Of a DNA stretch of 64,000 nucleotides, positions 39,542 to 48,237 are shown piece after piece (the stretch's first letter is position 1; each line of letters begins with the position of its first letter). The translations under genes were made by a program, and so were the position numbers. The stretch is taken from positions 40,208 through 104,207 of the forward strand of contig CANLRQ010000007.1 in the NCBI GenBank assembly GCA_947493575.1, read 5' to 3'. Source of the stretch: an uncultured Marinomonas sp. (GTDB lineage: Bacteria; Pseudomonadota; Gammaproteobacteria; Pseudomonadales; Marinomonadaceae). The notes under the pieces were generated by a model. The model saw nothing but the letters and a program-made list of their open reading frames with translations, was not told the DNA's origin and ran no database searches.

Positions 39542-41689
39542 TCAACAGTCTCGCTTGATGATTTCCCCTAACATAAATTTAACAGCTAAAGGCAGTTCAT
39601 CATCTTTTAAAACTAATATTTCTTTCAAGTGTTTCTCCTGAACTTTTAATCTTCCAGACCATATTGCCAGAAGAAACTCTAAACAACCTTCACCTTGAGG
39701 GTCATCACTATGTTTTACAACAGTAATAATAATATCCGTAATCTGTCTACTGAAACCTTCATCAACAGCGTAATTTAGCTCTGTTGGTTTTGCAGATCTA
39801 AGCAAACATGCTTGAATCACACCATCATTAAAACGATCAAAACACACTGGGCTTAACAGAGTAGAATGATATGTAGTGGCTAAGCCTTTATCATTTTCAA
39901 TTCTTAAGTCGTGAAGAATTGATTGAATAGTCCAGTAAACATCAGATTGAGAAGATTCACTGTTTTCTAGGCCAAGTCCCAGCCAAAAAGCAAATGTACC
40001 TCTTAAAGATAGTTTTGCATCAGTTGGTGACTTTAAGAATAGCTCGTCTTGACTGGAGAAATTATTGAGTTCGTGTAGTCGATCTTTTAGTAATGGAGGC
40101 AACTTGCCAATATCATCCGATAGTGGATCTTCTATTTCATCAAATACAGAAAGCTTTTCTCGTTCAATATCCCAAGGGGTAAGTGCTTTTTCACGCAACC
40201 TAGGTAAATAACAAGTTTGAAGCGGGATGAGTTCATGGCCGCCTAAACACAGATCTTTCCTAAGTTGTTCAAAAGCATCAAGAGTCGGAAGTTTAGAAAA
40301 TCCAACCAAGTAAGTAATTGTCGCTGAAGATTTTATCCCTCTTAATTTTCTTGCCGTTGCAAGTAACTTTCTGCCAGATGTTATTGCACTAGCAACAACC
40401 ATTACCGAGCTATGACCTTTTAAATCATCTTCTGTTACGTCGTTATAGCAAACTACGTATTCAGAAGGAGCTTTGGCAATTTTAACTATTTCATCGGCTA
40501 GTGATTTAGCAGCATCATCGTCAAGGCAAATTACTTTGCTAATATCCTTTGAAAAGTGTTTATTTACTTTTTTGATTAAAGGCTTTCTGAATGCATCTGA
40601 TCCTGATTCAAGCAACGCTTTTACATCAACGAAAAAATGTTCTCGATCCCAGTTATCGCTTGGCGCTGTATTGAATTTGAGAAGTTTCTTAGTAGCAAAC
40701 GCCTTAAAGAATTTTTTTCTATCTTCATTAAAATCTGTCTTTTTAATAACCAATAGCTCATGTTTTGGGGTTTCAGGTATGAACTGCTCTCCTTCAATTT
40801 TAATAAGCTTAGAGCCACCTTCACATAACTTACAGCCAGAGGGATCAACTGATTTAATTTCACCTACAGCTTCTGATATGTCGAAGATTGCTTCTTGCTT
40901 CTCTTTAATTCGAGAGTAAAACAGCGTAATAATGTTGGAAGACTTAAAAGTGTGTTCATGTGTTAATTTGTGCGCCAGGCCACCACTAGTGGTGGCTGAA
41001 ATGACCACTAAACTGTCATCATCTTCAAGAAAGCTATAAGGCTTGTTAAAAACAGAATAGGACTCAAAACTTTCAATAATAGGGAATTTTTCACCAAACC
41101 TTTTACTTAATTGAATAGCGATACTAACTAAGAAAGAAATTGATGAAGTGTCCACATAAATGCGCTTAATATTCGACTTAAGGTAGGGGAGTAAACCAAT
41201 AGCTAAAAATGCAACTTCAATACCGGAGGTAAATAAGTTTGATGCACGTATAAACTTATCGCAGTGATCACCAGATGGCTTTAGAAAGTGATAACTTGGC
41301 AAAGAAGTTATTAGGCCTTTTCTATTCTCAAATATTGATTCAGCACCAGTAGTTAAAAGCTGGGAGGAAAAACAAAACTCTTCATTGGAGTCGGAATTGT
41401 TAATTCGACCCGTAGAAGTAACTGTTAAAAAGGATACTTTATCCGAAAAAGTACCAATCCATGAGTCTATTTCATCTGCAAAAAAGCTATCGGAAGTAAG
41501 CTCTTCTTTCACTGCTGAGGATAGATCATACCCCATCAAATACACTCGTTGAGGTATTAGGTTTTCATCTACATCCTCTTTAATCACTTTCGTTAAAGAT
41601 GACACTTCAAAGTCAGAGTGACAAAATACGACTAAAGATTGTCTGTGTTCATTTGTTTCTTGAAATCTAAAAGTAAAATAATTACTCAT
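39542..41689 (-). CDS. Tandem degenerate phosphoribosyltransferase-fold protein
   Basis: HFLKPSGDHCDKFI (OPRTase-like loop), LVVISATTSGG and VMVVASAITSGRKL (PRPP-loop-like, lacking the acidic DD), CxxC between the two domains. Confidence 0.6.
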   Translation of the reverse strand: MSNYFTFRFQETNEHRQSLVVFCHSDFEVSSLTKVIKEDVDENLIPQRVYLMGYDLSSAVKEELTSDSFFADEIDSWIGTFSDKVSFLTVTSTGRINNSDSNEEFCFSSQLLTTGAESIFENRKGLITSLPSYHFLKPSGDHCDKFIRASNLFTSGIEVAFLAIGLLPYLKSNIKRIYVDTSSISFLVSIAIQLSKRFGEKFPIIESFESYSVFNKPYSFLEDDDSLVVISATTSGGLAHKLTHEHTFKSSNIITLFYSRIKEKQEAIFDISEAVGEIKSVDPSGCKLCEGGSKLIKIEGEQFIPETPKHELLVIKKTDFNEDRKKFFKAFATKKLLKFNTAPSDNWDREHFFVDVKALLESGSDAFRKPLIKKVNKHFSKDISKVICLDDDAAKSLADEIVKIAKAPSEYVVCYNDVTEDDLKGHSSVMVVASAITSGRKLLATARKLRGIKSSATITYLVGFSKLPTLDAFEQLRKDLCLGGHELIPLQTCYLPRLREKALTPWDIEREKLSVFDEIEDPLSDDIGKLPPLLKDRLHELNNFSSQDELFLKSPTDAKLSLRGTFAFWLGLGLENSESSQSDVYWTIQSILHDLRIENDKGLATTYHSTLLSPVCFDRFNDGVIQACLLRSAKPTELNYAVDEGFSRQITDIIITVVKHSDDPQGEGCLEFLLAIWSGRLKVQEKHLKEILVLKDDELPLAVKFMLGEIIKRDC

Positions 41690-42906
41690 TACGCTAAATC
41701 CTTAGCATCAGTCTTATCATAAAGTGGGATTAATACAGTTATTGCAACCCCCCTTAATTCAGGATGTTCTGTTAAACGGCTAGAACAAATCTCATTTGTT
41801 TCCCAATCAGAAAAGTCGAAATTATCTTCTTCATTCGAGGTAAAAGGTTGGTTGGCAAAATCTCTAAATACCGATAGCTTGTTGGAACGAACCTTCATAA
41901 ATCCATTGAGATTAGTTAAGTTTGCCATTACTGCTGGAAGTCCATTTCCTTTAATTTCATTATTTGTTGACGAGCTACGAAATTGAAAACATTTCTTAAG
42001 AATTTGATACTGCTGGTTGATATCTATGTCCTTTAAATCCCCTTCGTTTGGGTGATCGGCAAGCCAGCGCCCACAGTAACCCAGCCCAGAATCAACTATA
42101 CTCATTTCTACAAATCGTCGTGAAGAGCTCTCACTGGTAGAGAGTTTTGATATGTAGTTTTTAAAATTCAGATCTTGCTCTACGGCATTATTAATTGCGT
42201 CATTGGTTAAATTAATTCCATATGTATAAATTACTCGGGTTGCTGGTTTTATCCATGTATTTCGATCAACACCACGGCTACCGTGTTCATGCGTGTTCAT
42301 AAATAATTCGTAGAACATGCGACCCAAGCTATTAATGCTGCCTTGATTGGGGAGAACGCCTCCACCTGCAACTTTTGAAGATTGCTCAACCATAGACTTA
42401 ATGATGCTTGTAATCTGTCCTATATTTTTAGGTGCAGGGTGGTAACCTGGAGCAACATCATAAAAGTTCCTATCAAATCCTTTTGTGCTGTGGTCAACAA
42501 AAGAATACCAACATAACCTTCCACGGCTCTGACCATATATTTCTGATGGTTGTTTTTCTATTGCAATTTTAGCAAGTTGGTTTGCTTCATTTCTTATATT
42601 AGGTTCTTCTTCACTTGGCAATTCCGTTTGCTTTGCCATCATCAAAGCGGTAAATTTATGGGGTTGTACAATAATGTCTTCAAGTGCTTCACTTTTAGTT
42701 TTAACACTTGGTTTAATTACAACTTTTCGTTCGTTGTTAAAATTAGCCCAAGTATTAACTGATTGTATTGCGCTAGCGAATCCACCAAAAGCAAATTTAC
42801 TACTACCAACTGGTATTTGAAGTGCATCTAAATGATCAGACTTATCCAGTTTTTCTTGAAACCCTTTAATTTTCCCTAAATCTAAAGTAGAAGGAAATAA
42901 AATCAT
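41689..42906 (-). CDS. GHKL/HATPase_c domain protein with a possible N-terminal STAS-like region
   Basis: ELFMNTHEHG (N box), SIVDSGLG (G1), GNGLP (G2), GVAIT (G3); stop overlaps the downstream start (TAATG). Confidence 0.75.
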   Translation of the reverse strand: MILFPSTLDLGKIKGFQEKLDKSDHLDALQIPVGSSKFAFGGFASAIQSVNTWANFNNERKVVIKPSVKTKSEALEDIIVQPHKFTALMMAKQTELPSEEEPNIRNEANQLAKIAIEKQPSEIYGQSRGRLCWYSFVDHSTKGFDRNFYDVAPGYHPAPKNIGQITSIIKSMVEQSSKVAGGGVLPNQGSINSLGRMFYELFMNTHEHGSRGVDRNTWIKPATRVIYTYGINLTNDAINNAVEQDLNFKNYISKLSTSESSSRRFVEMSIVDSGLGYCGRWLADHPNEGDLKDIDINQQYQILKKCFQFRSSSTNNEIKGNGLPAVMANLTNLNGFMKVRSNKLSVFRDFANQPFTSNEEDNFDFSDWETNEICSSRLTEHPELRGVAITVLIPLYDKTDAKDLA

Positions 42907-43107
42907 TTATTCCACCATCTTAGCTTGTTTTGAGCATTGAAAATATACATTAATAATCCTTATACTGTTTTTATAAAAACCATATCATCAAGTATTAATT
43001 TAATATTAAAATAATTTTTACCATTTTATATACCTCTGATTTTCAAGCCGTTTTCACTTCTATTTTTTCTGCATTCTACATTAAATTAGTAATACCTTAG
43101 CATTTAG

Positions 43108-43369
43108 GGAAGGTGCGAATAAGTCTACTAAGACTCAGTCTTTCAGAGAAACCGTCAAATAAGGCACGATTCTGCAGGAATGTTAATACCTTTCAAAGAG
43201 TCGTAACGAAATGTGGCGTTTTCTCTGAAAGACCTGCAGGGCATGGTCTAAAAGCCGGTATTCTTTGTTGAGTATCTCGAAAATAGGCCAGCTATTCACA
43301 TTCGATACTCGCCTCGAATAGCAGGCTTTTATCCACATGCTGAGACAAGAGGACTTATTCGCACCTTCC
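43108..43369. mobile_element. IS5-type MITE (family B), complete 262-bp copy
   Basis: Perfect 16-bp TIRs GGAAGGTGCGAATAAG/CTTATTCGCACCTTCC, the IS5 terminal sequence as recalled; TTAG duplicated on both sides; no ORF. Confidence 0.92.
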
Positions 43370-43657
43370 TTAGCTTAGACTGAAATTTATTATCATATTT
43401 AATTAGAAAAATTTAAAGAGTGTTTTTTATACTCTACTATAAATTCTTACTACTCGCATAATAAGATATTTTTTAAATAAACGTATTATTAGAATCGTTA
43501 AAATTTTATGATGTTAGCCACCTTTCCTCATTTGGTAACTCTTTCATTTTTATGAAGTTTAATTACCTCATCAAAAAAAACAGCGTTAATCAACATATAC
43601 ACCATGTTTTCTACCTATGTTCTTCTTTCCAAAGGTCGCTTGTAGTAGCATAAAACC

Positions 43658-43888
43658 ATGAAAAAATTATTGGATACCTCGCCCAAGCCTTTGTCTGAAA
43701 GGGAGCTGCAAGACATTGAAAGCATCGCCGTCACCTTGCGTGATCTGCTTGATGATTTTATGCAAGACAGGACAGGGAAAAAAGCAAAATACCGCATCAA
43801 CAAAATCATTTTGTTTGGCAGCCATGCGAAAGGCACGTGGGTTAATGATCCGAATTACTTGAGAGCCAACTTTAAAACAAAGCTTTAA
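43658..43888 (+). pseudogene. Truncated nucleotidyltransferase (MNT, probably from an MNT-HEPN fusion)
   Basis: IILFGSHAKGTWVNDP matches GSxAxG..V.D, but the ORF ends before the DxD motif. Confidence 0.7.
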
Positions 43889-44185
43889 TTAAATTTTCAA
43901 ACTAACACAGTACATTCAAGTACTGCTTTGTTTATGTTTATTCATAAGAAATACTCAATAATTGCACTAGGCAGATACGCAAAATACCCTTAGTATCAAT
44001 GAGTCTAATGATGCTCTCTTTTTAAGGATCAAAAAGAACTGATCATAAAGTTAGGCTCTGTCTCTCATTCAGTTACCTCCATTTAAAAGAACTGATGTAT
44101 TTCTATCATTAAAAGCCTATACATAGCGAAACATAGATAAATTCGCCTTTGGCATTTTGACACCTTAGGGGTTACGGTTCATACT

Positions 44186-44464
44186 ATGATAAAAAGTTTC
44201 ATTCACAAGGGGCTGCAAAAATATTATTTCTCTGGTGTCACGTCTGGCATTCAAGTTAATCATGAAAAAAAGCTTCGGTTAATTCTAACGAATTTAGACC
44301 AAGCGGAATGTCCAGAAGACATGGATCTACCGGGATTGTTTATGCATAAGCTTAAAGGTGACCGAAAAGAGATCTGGTCTGTTCGTGTAAATGGCAATTG
44401 GCGCATAACCTATCGCTTTGTCGGACGCGATGTTGAAATAGTAAACTATGAGGATTATCACTAA
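44186..44464 (+). CDS. higB: HigB-type (RelE superfamily) toxin
   Basis: [14 protein letters not shown]-like [22 protein letters not shown]. Confidence 0.92.
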   Translation: MIKSFIHKGLQKYYFSGVTSGIQVNHEKKLRLILTNLDQAECPEDMDLPGLFMHKLKGDRKEIWSVRVNGNWRITYRFVGRDVEIVNYEDYH

Positions 44465-44760
44465 TGTCTATGCATAACCCAGCTCATCCCGGTGAAATAT
44501 TAAAAGAGCTTATCATTGATCCAATGGACTTAACGATTACCGCCGCTGCACAGCACCTGGATGTTAGTCGTAAAACACTGTCTAAAGTACTAAATGCTAA
44601 AGGCGCTATTACTCCTGAAATGGCAATTCGATTAGAGTTGGTTTTTGGAACCCCTTCCGCCGATCATTGGTTACGCCTACAAAATGCTTTTGATTTATGG
44701 CAAGCACGCCAACATCAAAGCACAATGCAAGTATCACCCTATGTTTTTCAAACAACCTAA
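44464..44760 (+). CDS. higA: HigA antitoxin (HTH)
   Basis: [27 protein letters not shown]; TAATG coupling to the toxin. Confidence 0.92.
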   Translation: MSMHNPAHPGEILKELIIDPMDLTITAAAQHLDVSRKTLSKVLNAKGAITPEMAIRLELVFGTPSADHWLRLQNAFDLWQARQHQSTMQVSPYVFQTT

Positions 44761-44853
44761 TGACTGAAAAGCCCACAGTGTTGTTCCTTATTTTTACTCA
44801 TCTACAGCACTAACCAGGAATGAAAATGAGTCTTTCAAAGAAAACGTTACATT

Positions 44854-45001
44854 GAGACCTTTGCGCGACTATTACGCTTGCTAATACTTTGTTAAAAACA
44901 GGCTCAAAATGCTCATTTATAACACACATTTCTGCAGAATCGTGCTTTATTTGACGGCTTCTCTGATAGACTGAGGCTTAGTAGACTCATTCGCTCCTTC
45001 C
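44854..45001. mobile_element. Chimeric MITE relic: a family A end fused to a family B (IS5-type) end
   Basis: 44854-44922 is the inverted end of family A (GAGACCTTTGCGCGACTATTACGC); ~44928-45001 matches the inverted left end of 43108-43369. Confidence 0.7.
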
Positions 45002-45047
45002 TTGGTATCTATGGGTATTATTACTAACGTTCAAAAAAGGAATCAAC

Positions 45048-45674
45048 ATGACGTTTGAAATATGGTTAATGTTTTCTGCCGCCGCATTTTTAAATATTAT
45101 CAGCCCCGGCCCAGCCATCATACTTGCCATATCAAATGGTGTGTCTTCTAGCGCAAAGGCGGTTTTTGCCTCGTCAATCGGCAACATTGTTGGATTATTG
45201 GTTCTTTCTACTGTGTCTATGTTTGGCTTAGGGCTACTTTTGCAAACATCCGCCGTGTTGTTTACCGTACTCAAGTTTATTGGTGCAGGTTATTTAATCT
45301 ACCTTGGTATAAAGAAGTTTCGCAGTACGGACACCTTTTTCACCGACGACACGTTAGCGCCTGTTGAACAGGTTCAATACACCAAAAAGTTCAAAGAAGC
45401 ACTGCTAGTGGCTGTGACCAATCCAAAAGCAACTTTATTCTTTATCGCGTTTTTCCCTATCTTTATGGACACTAGCGCTCCTGCTTTACCCCAGTTTACG
45501 ATTATGACCATTACTTTTATGAGCATTTCCTTCCTTAGCCTAATGACATACGGATTAATCGCAAAAGCAGCGAGACACTGGTTTAAAAATCAAAGCATAG
45601 TAAAAGCCTTTCACCGCGTTACAGGTGGTATCTTTATGGGATTTGGCGTTGCGCTGTTGCAGGTGAGAAACTGA
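45048..45674 (+). CDS. LysE/RhtB-family amino-acid exporter
   Basis: SPGPAII, GAGYLIYLG, TNPKA, hydrophobic helices. Confidence 0.9.
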   Translation: MTFEIWLMFSAAAFLNIISPGPAIILAISNGVSSSAKAVFASSIGNIVGLLVLSTVSMFGLGLLLQTSAVLFTVLKFIGAGYLIYLGIKKFRSTDTFFTDDTLAPVEQVQYTKKFKEALLVAVTNPKATLFFIAFFPIFMDTSAPALPQFTIMTITFMSISFLSLMTYGLIAKAARHWFKNQSIVKAFHRVTGGIFMGFGVALLQVRN

Positions 45675-45705
45675 GCCGCATAAGCCTTACATTCAAGGGT
45701 AAGCA

Positions 45706-46626
45706 ATGAACAAAGAATACAAAGCCCGCATAGATAGAGTCATTCAATATATTGAAAGCAACCTGAACAAAACACTTTCCTTGACAGAAGTGGCGGAGGT
45801 GAGTTGTTTTTCTATTTACCACTTTCATCGTATTTTTACTGCGATTATGGATGAGACCCTAAATGACTATATTGGGCGACGAAGGCTTGAAAAGGCCATT
45901 TGTTTGTTGATTTTTCAACCGGAGAAACCCATTACTCATGTGGCGCTTGAAAGCGGTTTCTCATCAAGCGCCAATTTTGCAAAAGCCGTTAAGCTCTATT
46001 TCGGTTTCAGCCCTTCCGAAATTAGAAATCCGCAAAAAATCAAACAAAATAGCAAGATTGGAAAAATATCTAGCAAGTATGGAAAAGCGTTTAACCCAAG
46101 CGATTTGTATCCTACTCGTATCACTAATGGAGTGATCAACCCAACAAGAGTAGATGATATGAATATTGAAATAAGAGAAATAGCCCACCAACGAGTTTGT
46201 ACTTTGGCGTCAGAGGGAGGTTATGCTACTGAAGCAGTTTACGCGGCATGGGACAAGCTTATTGCTTGGGCATCAAACAATGGCATTCAAGAAAGCGAGC
46301 AAAAACGATTTGCCTTTGCTTTTGACAACCCGACTGTTACTCCCATAGAGAAATGCCGTTATGATGCATCCATTGTGATCGATAACGAGATGTCTGTTAA
46401 ACCGCCCTTCGTTGTATCTGAAATACCGAAAGGAAAATACGCAGTGCTCTATTTTAAGGGATTACCTGAAGAGACATTAAATGCTCAATTAAGTATCTAT
46501 TCGGACTGGTTACCAAATAGCGGCTTTGAGCCAGACAACTTCCCTATGCTAGAAAACTATTTTAACGACGCCAGAGTTGATGGTTATCTAGAGATGGAAA
46601 TTTACGTTAAGATTAAATCACTTTAA
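45706..46626 (+). CDS. AraC-family regulator with a GyrI-like effector domain
   Basis: FSIYHFHRIF, ALESGFSSSANF HTH; FDNP.VTP.EKCRYDA and YSDWLPNSG GyrI-like region. Confidence 0.9.
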   Translation: MNKEYKARIDRVIQYIESNLNKTLSLTEVAEVSCFSIYHFHRIFTAIMDETLNDYIGRRRLEKAICLLIFQPEKPITHVALESGFSSSANFAKAVKLYFGFSPSEIRNPQKIKQNSKIGKISSKYGKAFNPSDLYPTRITNGVINPTRVDDMNIEIREIAHQRVCTLASEGGYATEAVYAAWDKLIAWASNNGIQESEQKRFAFAFDNPTVTPIEKCRYDASIVIDNEMSVKPPFVVSEIPKGKYAVLYFKGLPEETLNAQLSIYSDWLPNSGFEPDNFPMLENYFNDARVDGYLEMEIYVKIKSL

Positions 46627-46651
46627 CTCTGTTCAATGACTTTCTATCTAG

Positions 46652-46829
46652 GGAAGTTGCGAATACATCCTCTTGCTTCAGTATGTGGATAAAAGCCGGC
46701 TATTCGAGGCGAGTATCGAATGTGAATAGCTGGCCTATTGTCTAGATGCTCAACAAAGAATGCTCAGCAAAGAAAGACAAGCTTTTAGACCATGCCCTGT
46801 GAGGCTTAGTAGACTTATTCGCATCTTCC
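46652..46829. mobile_element. IS5-type MITE (family B), internally deleted and inverted relative to 43108
   Basis: GGAAGTTGCGAATAC...CTTATTCGCATCTTCC ends; flanks CTAG/CTAA. Confidence 0.8.
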
Positions 46830-46883
46830 CTAATTAATTGGATAGAACAACAAGTAATTCAATATGTTTAAAAGGACCTTTTC

Positions 46884-48077
46884 ATGGACACAATACAAAC
46901 TGCAAAGCATGACATAGCCACAACACAATGGTCGGATATTATTCTGTTGTGGTTTGTAGGTGTTTTTGCAGCCATGCAATTTGCCAAGTTCTCGATCTCA
47001 TACGACAACCTTATTATTACTTATAATATGAGTGGCGCATCGATAGGAGCCTTGTTATCCATTGTCGGTGCTATTGGGTTGGTATTTGGTGTGGTTTCAG
47101 GTGTCTTATCGGGGCATTTAGGCTACCGTAAAGTGCTTATTGGCTCCTTATGCATTGGAGGAGCTATGTCACTGCTTCAATCCACATTACCTCCCTACTC
47201 TGTTTTAATGACAAGCCGAATTATCGAAGGTATTTCCCATCTTGGAATTGTTGTTGCAGCTCCCACCTTGATGCTTCGCCATTCATCTGAAAATGCTCAA
47301 TCCTTAGTTATGGGATTATGGGGGACGTTTTTCGGTGTGGCATTTGCGATTACGGGCTGGGCTGGAGGTATGCTATTACCTGTTTATGGATCATCTGGAC
47401 TATTCCTAACCCATGCCATTATCTCAATCCCTTTAATCACCTACTTTTTAATTTTCTCAAAAGAATCTGCTAAACAAACAATAGCTGGATCAATACCTTC
47501 TATCAGAGCCTTGTTTTTATCCACGATAAAAGTGTATGCAAACCCAAGAACCTGTTTACCAGGTGTCGTATTTTTATTCCAAACCAGCATGTTTGTGGCG
47601 TTATTAACATTTGTGCCTAGAATATCCTCCGATGATTCAGTAAAAAATCTGCTGCTCATTTTGCTCCCATTATGCAGCATTGCTGGCACGTTTTTATCTG
47701 GAGCACTATCACAGTACCTATTACGACCACCAAACCTACTTGCTATGGCCTATTTCTGTGTCGCTTTGGCCACTTTTTCAGTTGTTGCCTTTGAAAATGA
47801 ACCTCAACTATTTCTTTATAGCGCATTCTTTTTATTGTTAATGTCTGGAGTAGTTCAGGGAGCGACTTTCACATTGATCCCCTTTCTAGCAAAGAATGAA
47901 TCAGAGCAAGCCATGAGTAATGGTGCAATTGCACAGCTCGGCAACTTAGGCGCAACCATAGGCCCACCGGTGTTTGCCTATGGCATTGACATTAATGGCA
48001 CTCAAGGGATGTTTTTAATCGTGGTGATTTTATGTATTGCAGGGTGTTGTGTTGGGCTTTTATCTCGACGCTATTAA
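46884..48077 (+). CDS. MFS transporter
   Basis: About 12 hydrophobic segments, SRIIEG, CynX/NimT-like WGTFFG motif. Confidence 0.85.
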   Translation: MDTIQTAKHDIATTQWSDIILLWFVGVFAAMQFAKFSISYDNLIITYNMSGASIGALLSIVGAIGLVFGVVSGVLSGHLGYRKVLIGSLCIGGAMSLLQSTLPPYSVLMTSRIIEGISHLGIVVAAPTLMLRHSSENAQSLVMGLWGTFFGVAFAITGWAGGMLLPVYGSSGLFLTHAIISIPLITYFLIFSKESAKQTIAGSIPSIRALFLSTIKVYANPRTCLPGVVFLFQTSMFVALLTFVPRISSDDSVKNLLLILLPLCSIAGTFLSGALSQYLLRPPNLLAMAYFCVALATFSVVAFENEPQLFLYSAFFLLLMSGVVQGATFTLIPFLAKNESEQAMSNGAIAQLGNLGATIGPPVFAYGIDINGTQGMFLIVVILCIAGCCVGLLSRRY

Positions 48078-48095
48078 TGAAGGTTTATTTAAAAA

Positions 48096-48231
48096 TTCAT
48101 TAACCCATTTTTCAGCTGTTAATGGATTATCTAAAAAAATTATTCGCAAGAAACGAACGCCTACTATAAGAAAGTTAATACAAAAAAGCCAAGCCCGTAT
48201 TTTTAATAGGAAGCTTGGCTTAGGTTTGTCT
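48096..48231 (+). repeat. Direct repeat bounding the RM cassette (copy 1), containing a terminator hairpin
   Basis: Near-identical to 61770-61920; includes AAAAAAGCCAAGC...GCTTGGCTT. Confidence 0.92.
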
Positions 48232-48237
48232 ATAAAT

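Noticed and set aside
43615-43836. 73-aa minus-strand ORF
   Set aside because: Antisense to the nucleotidyltransferase relic, which has recognisable motifs.
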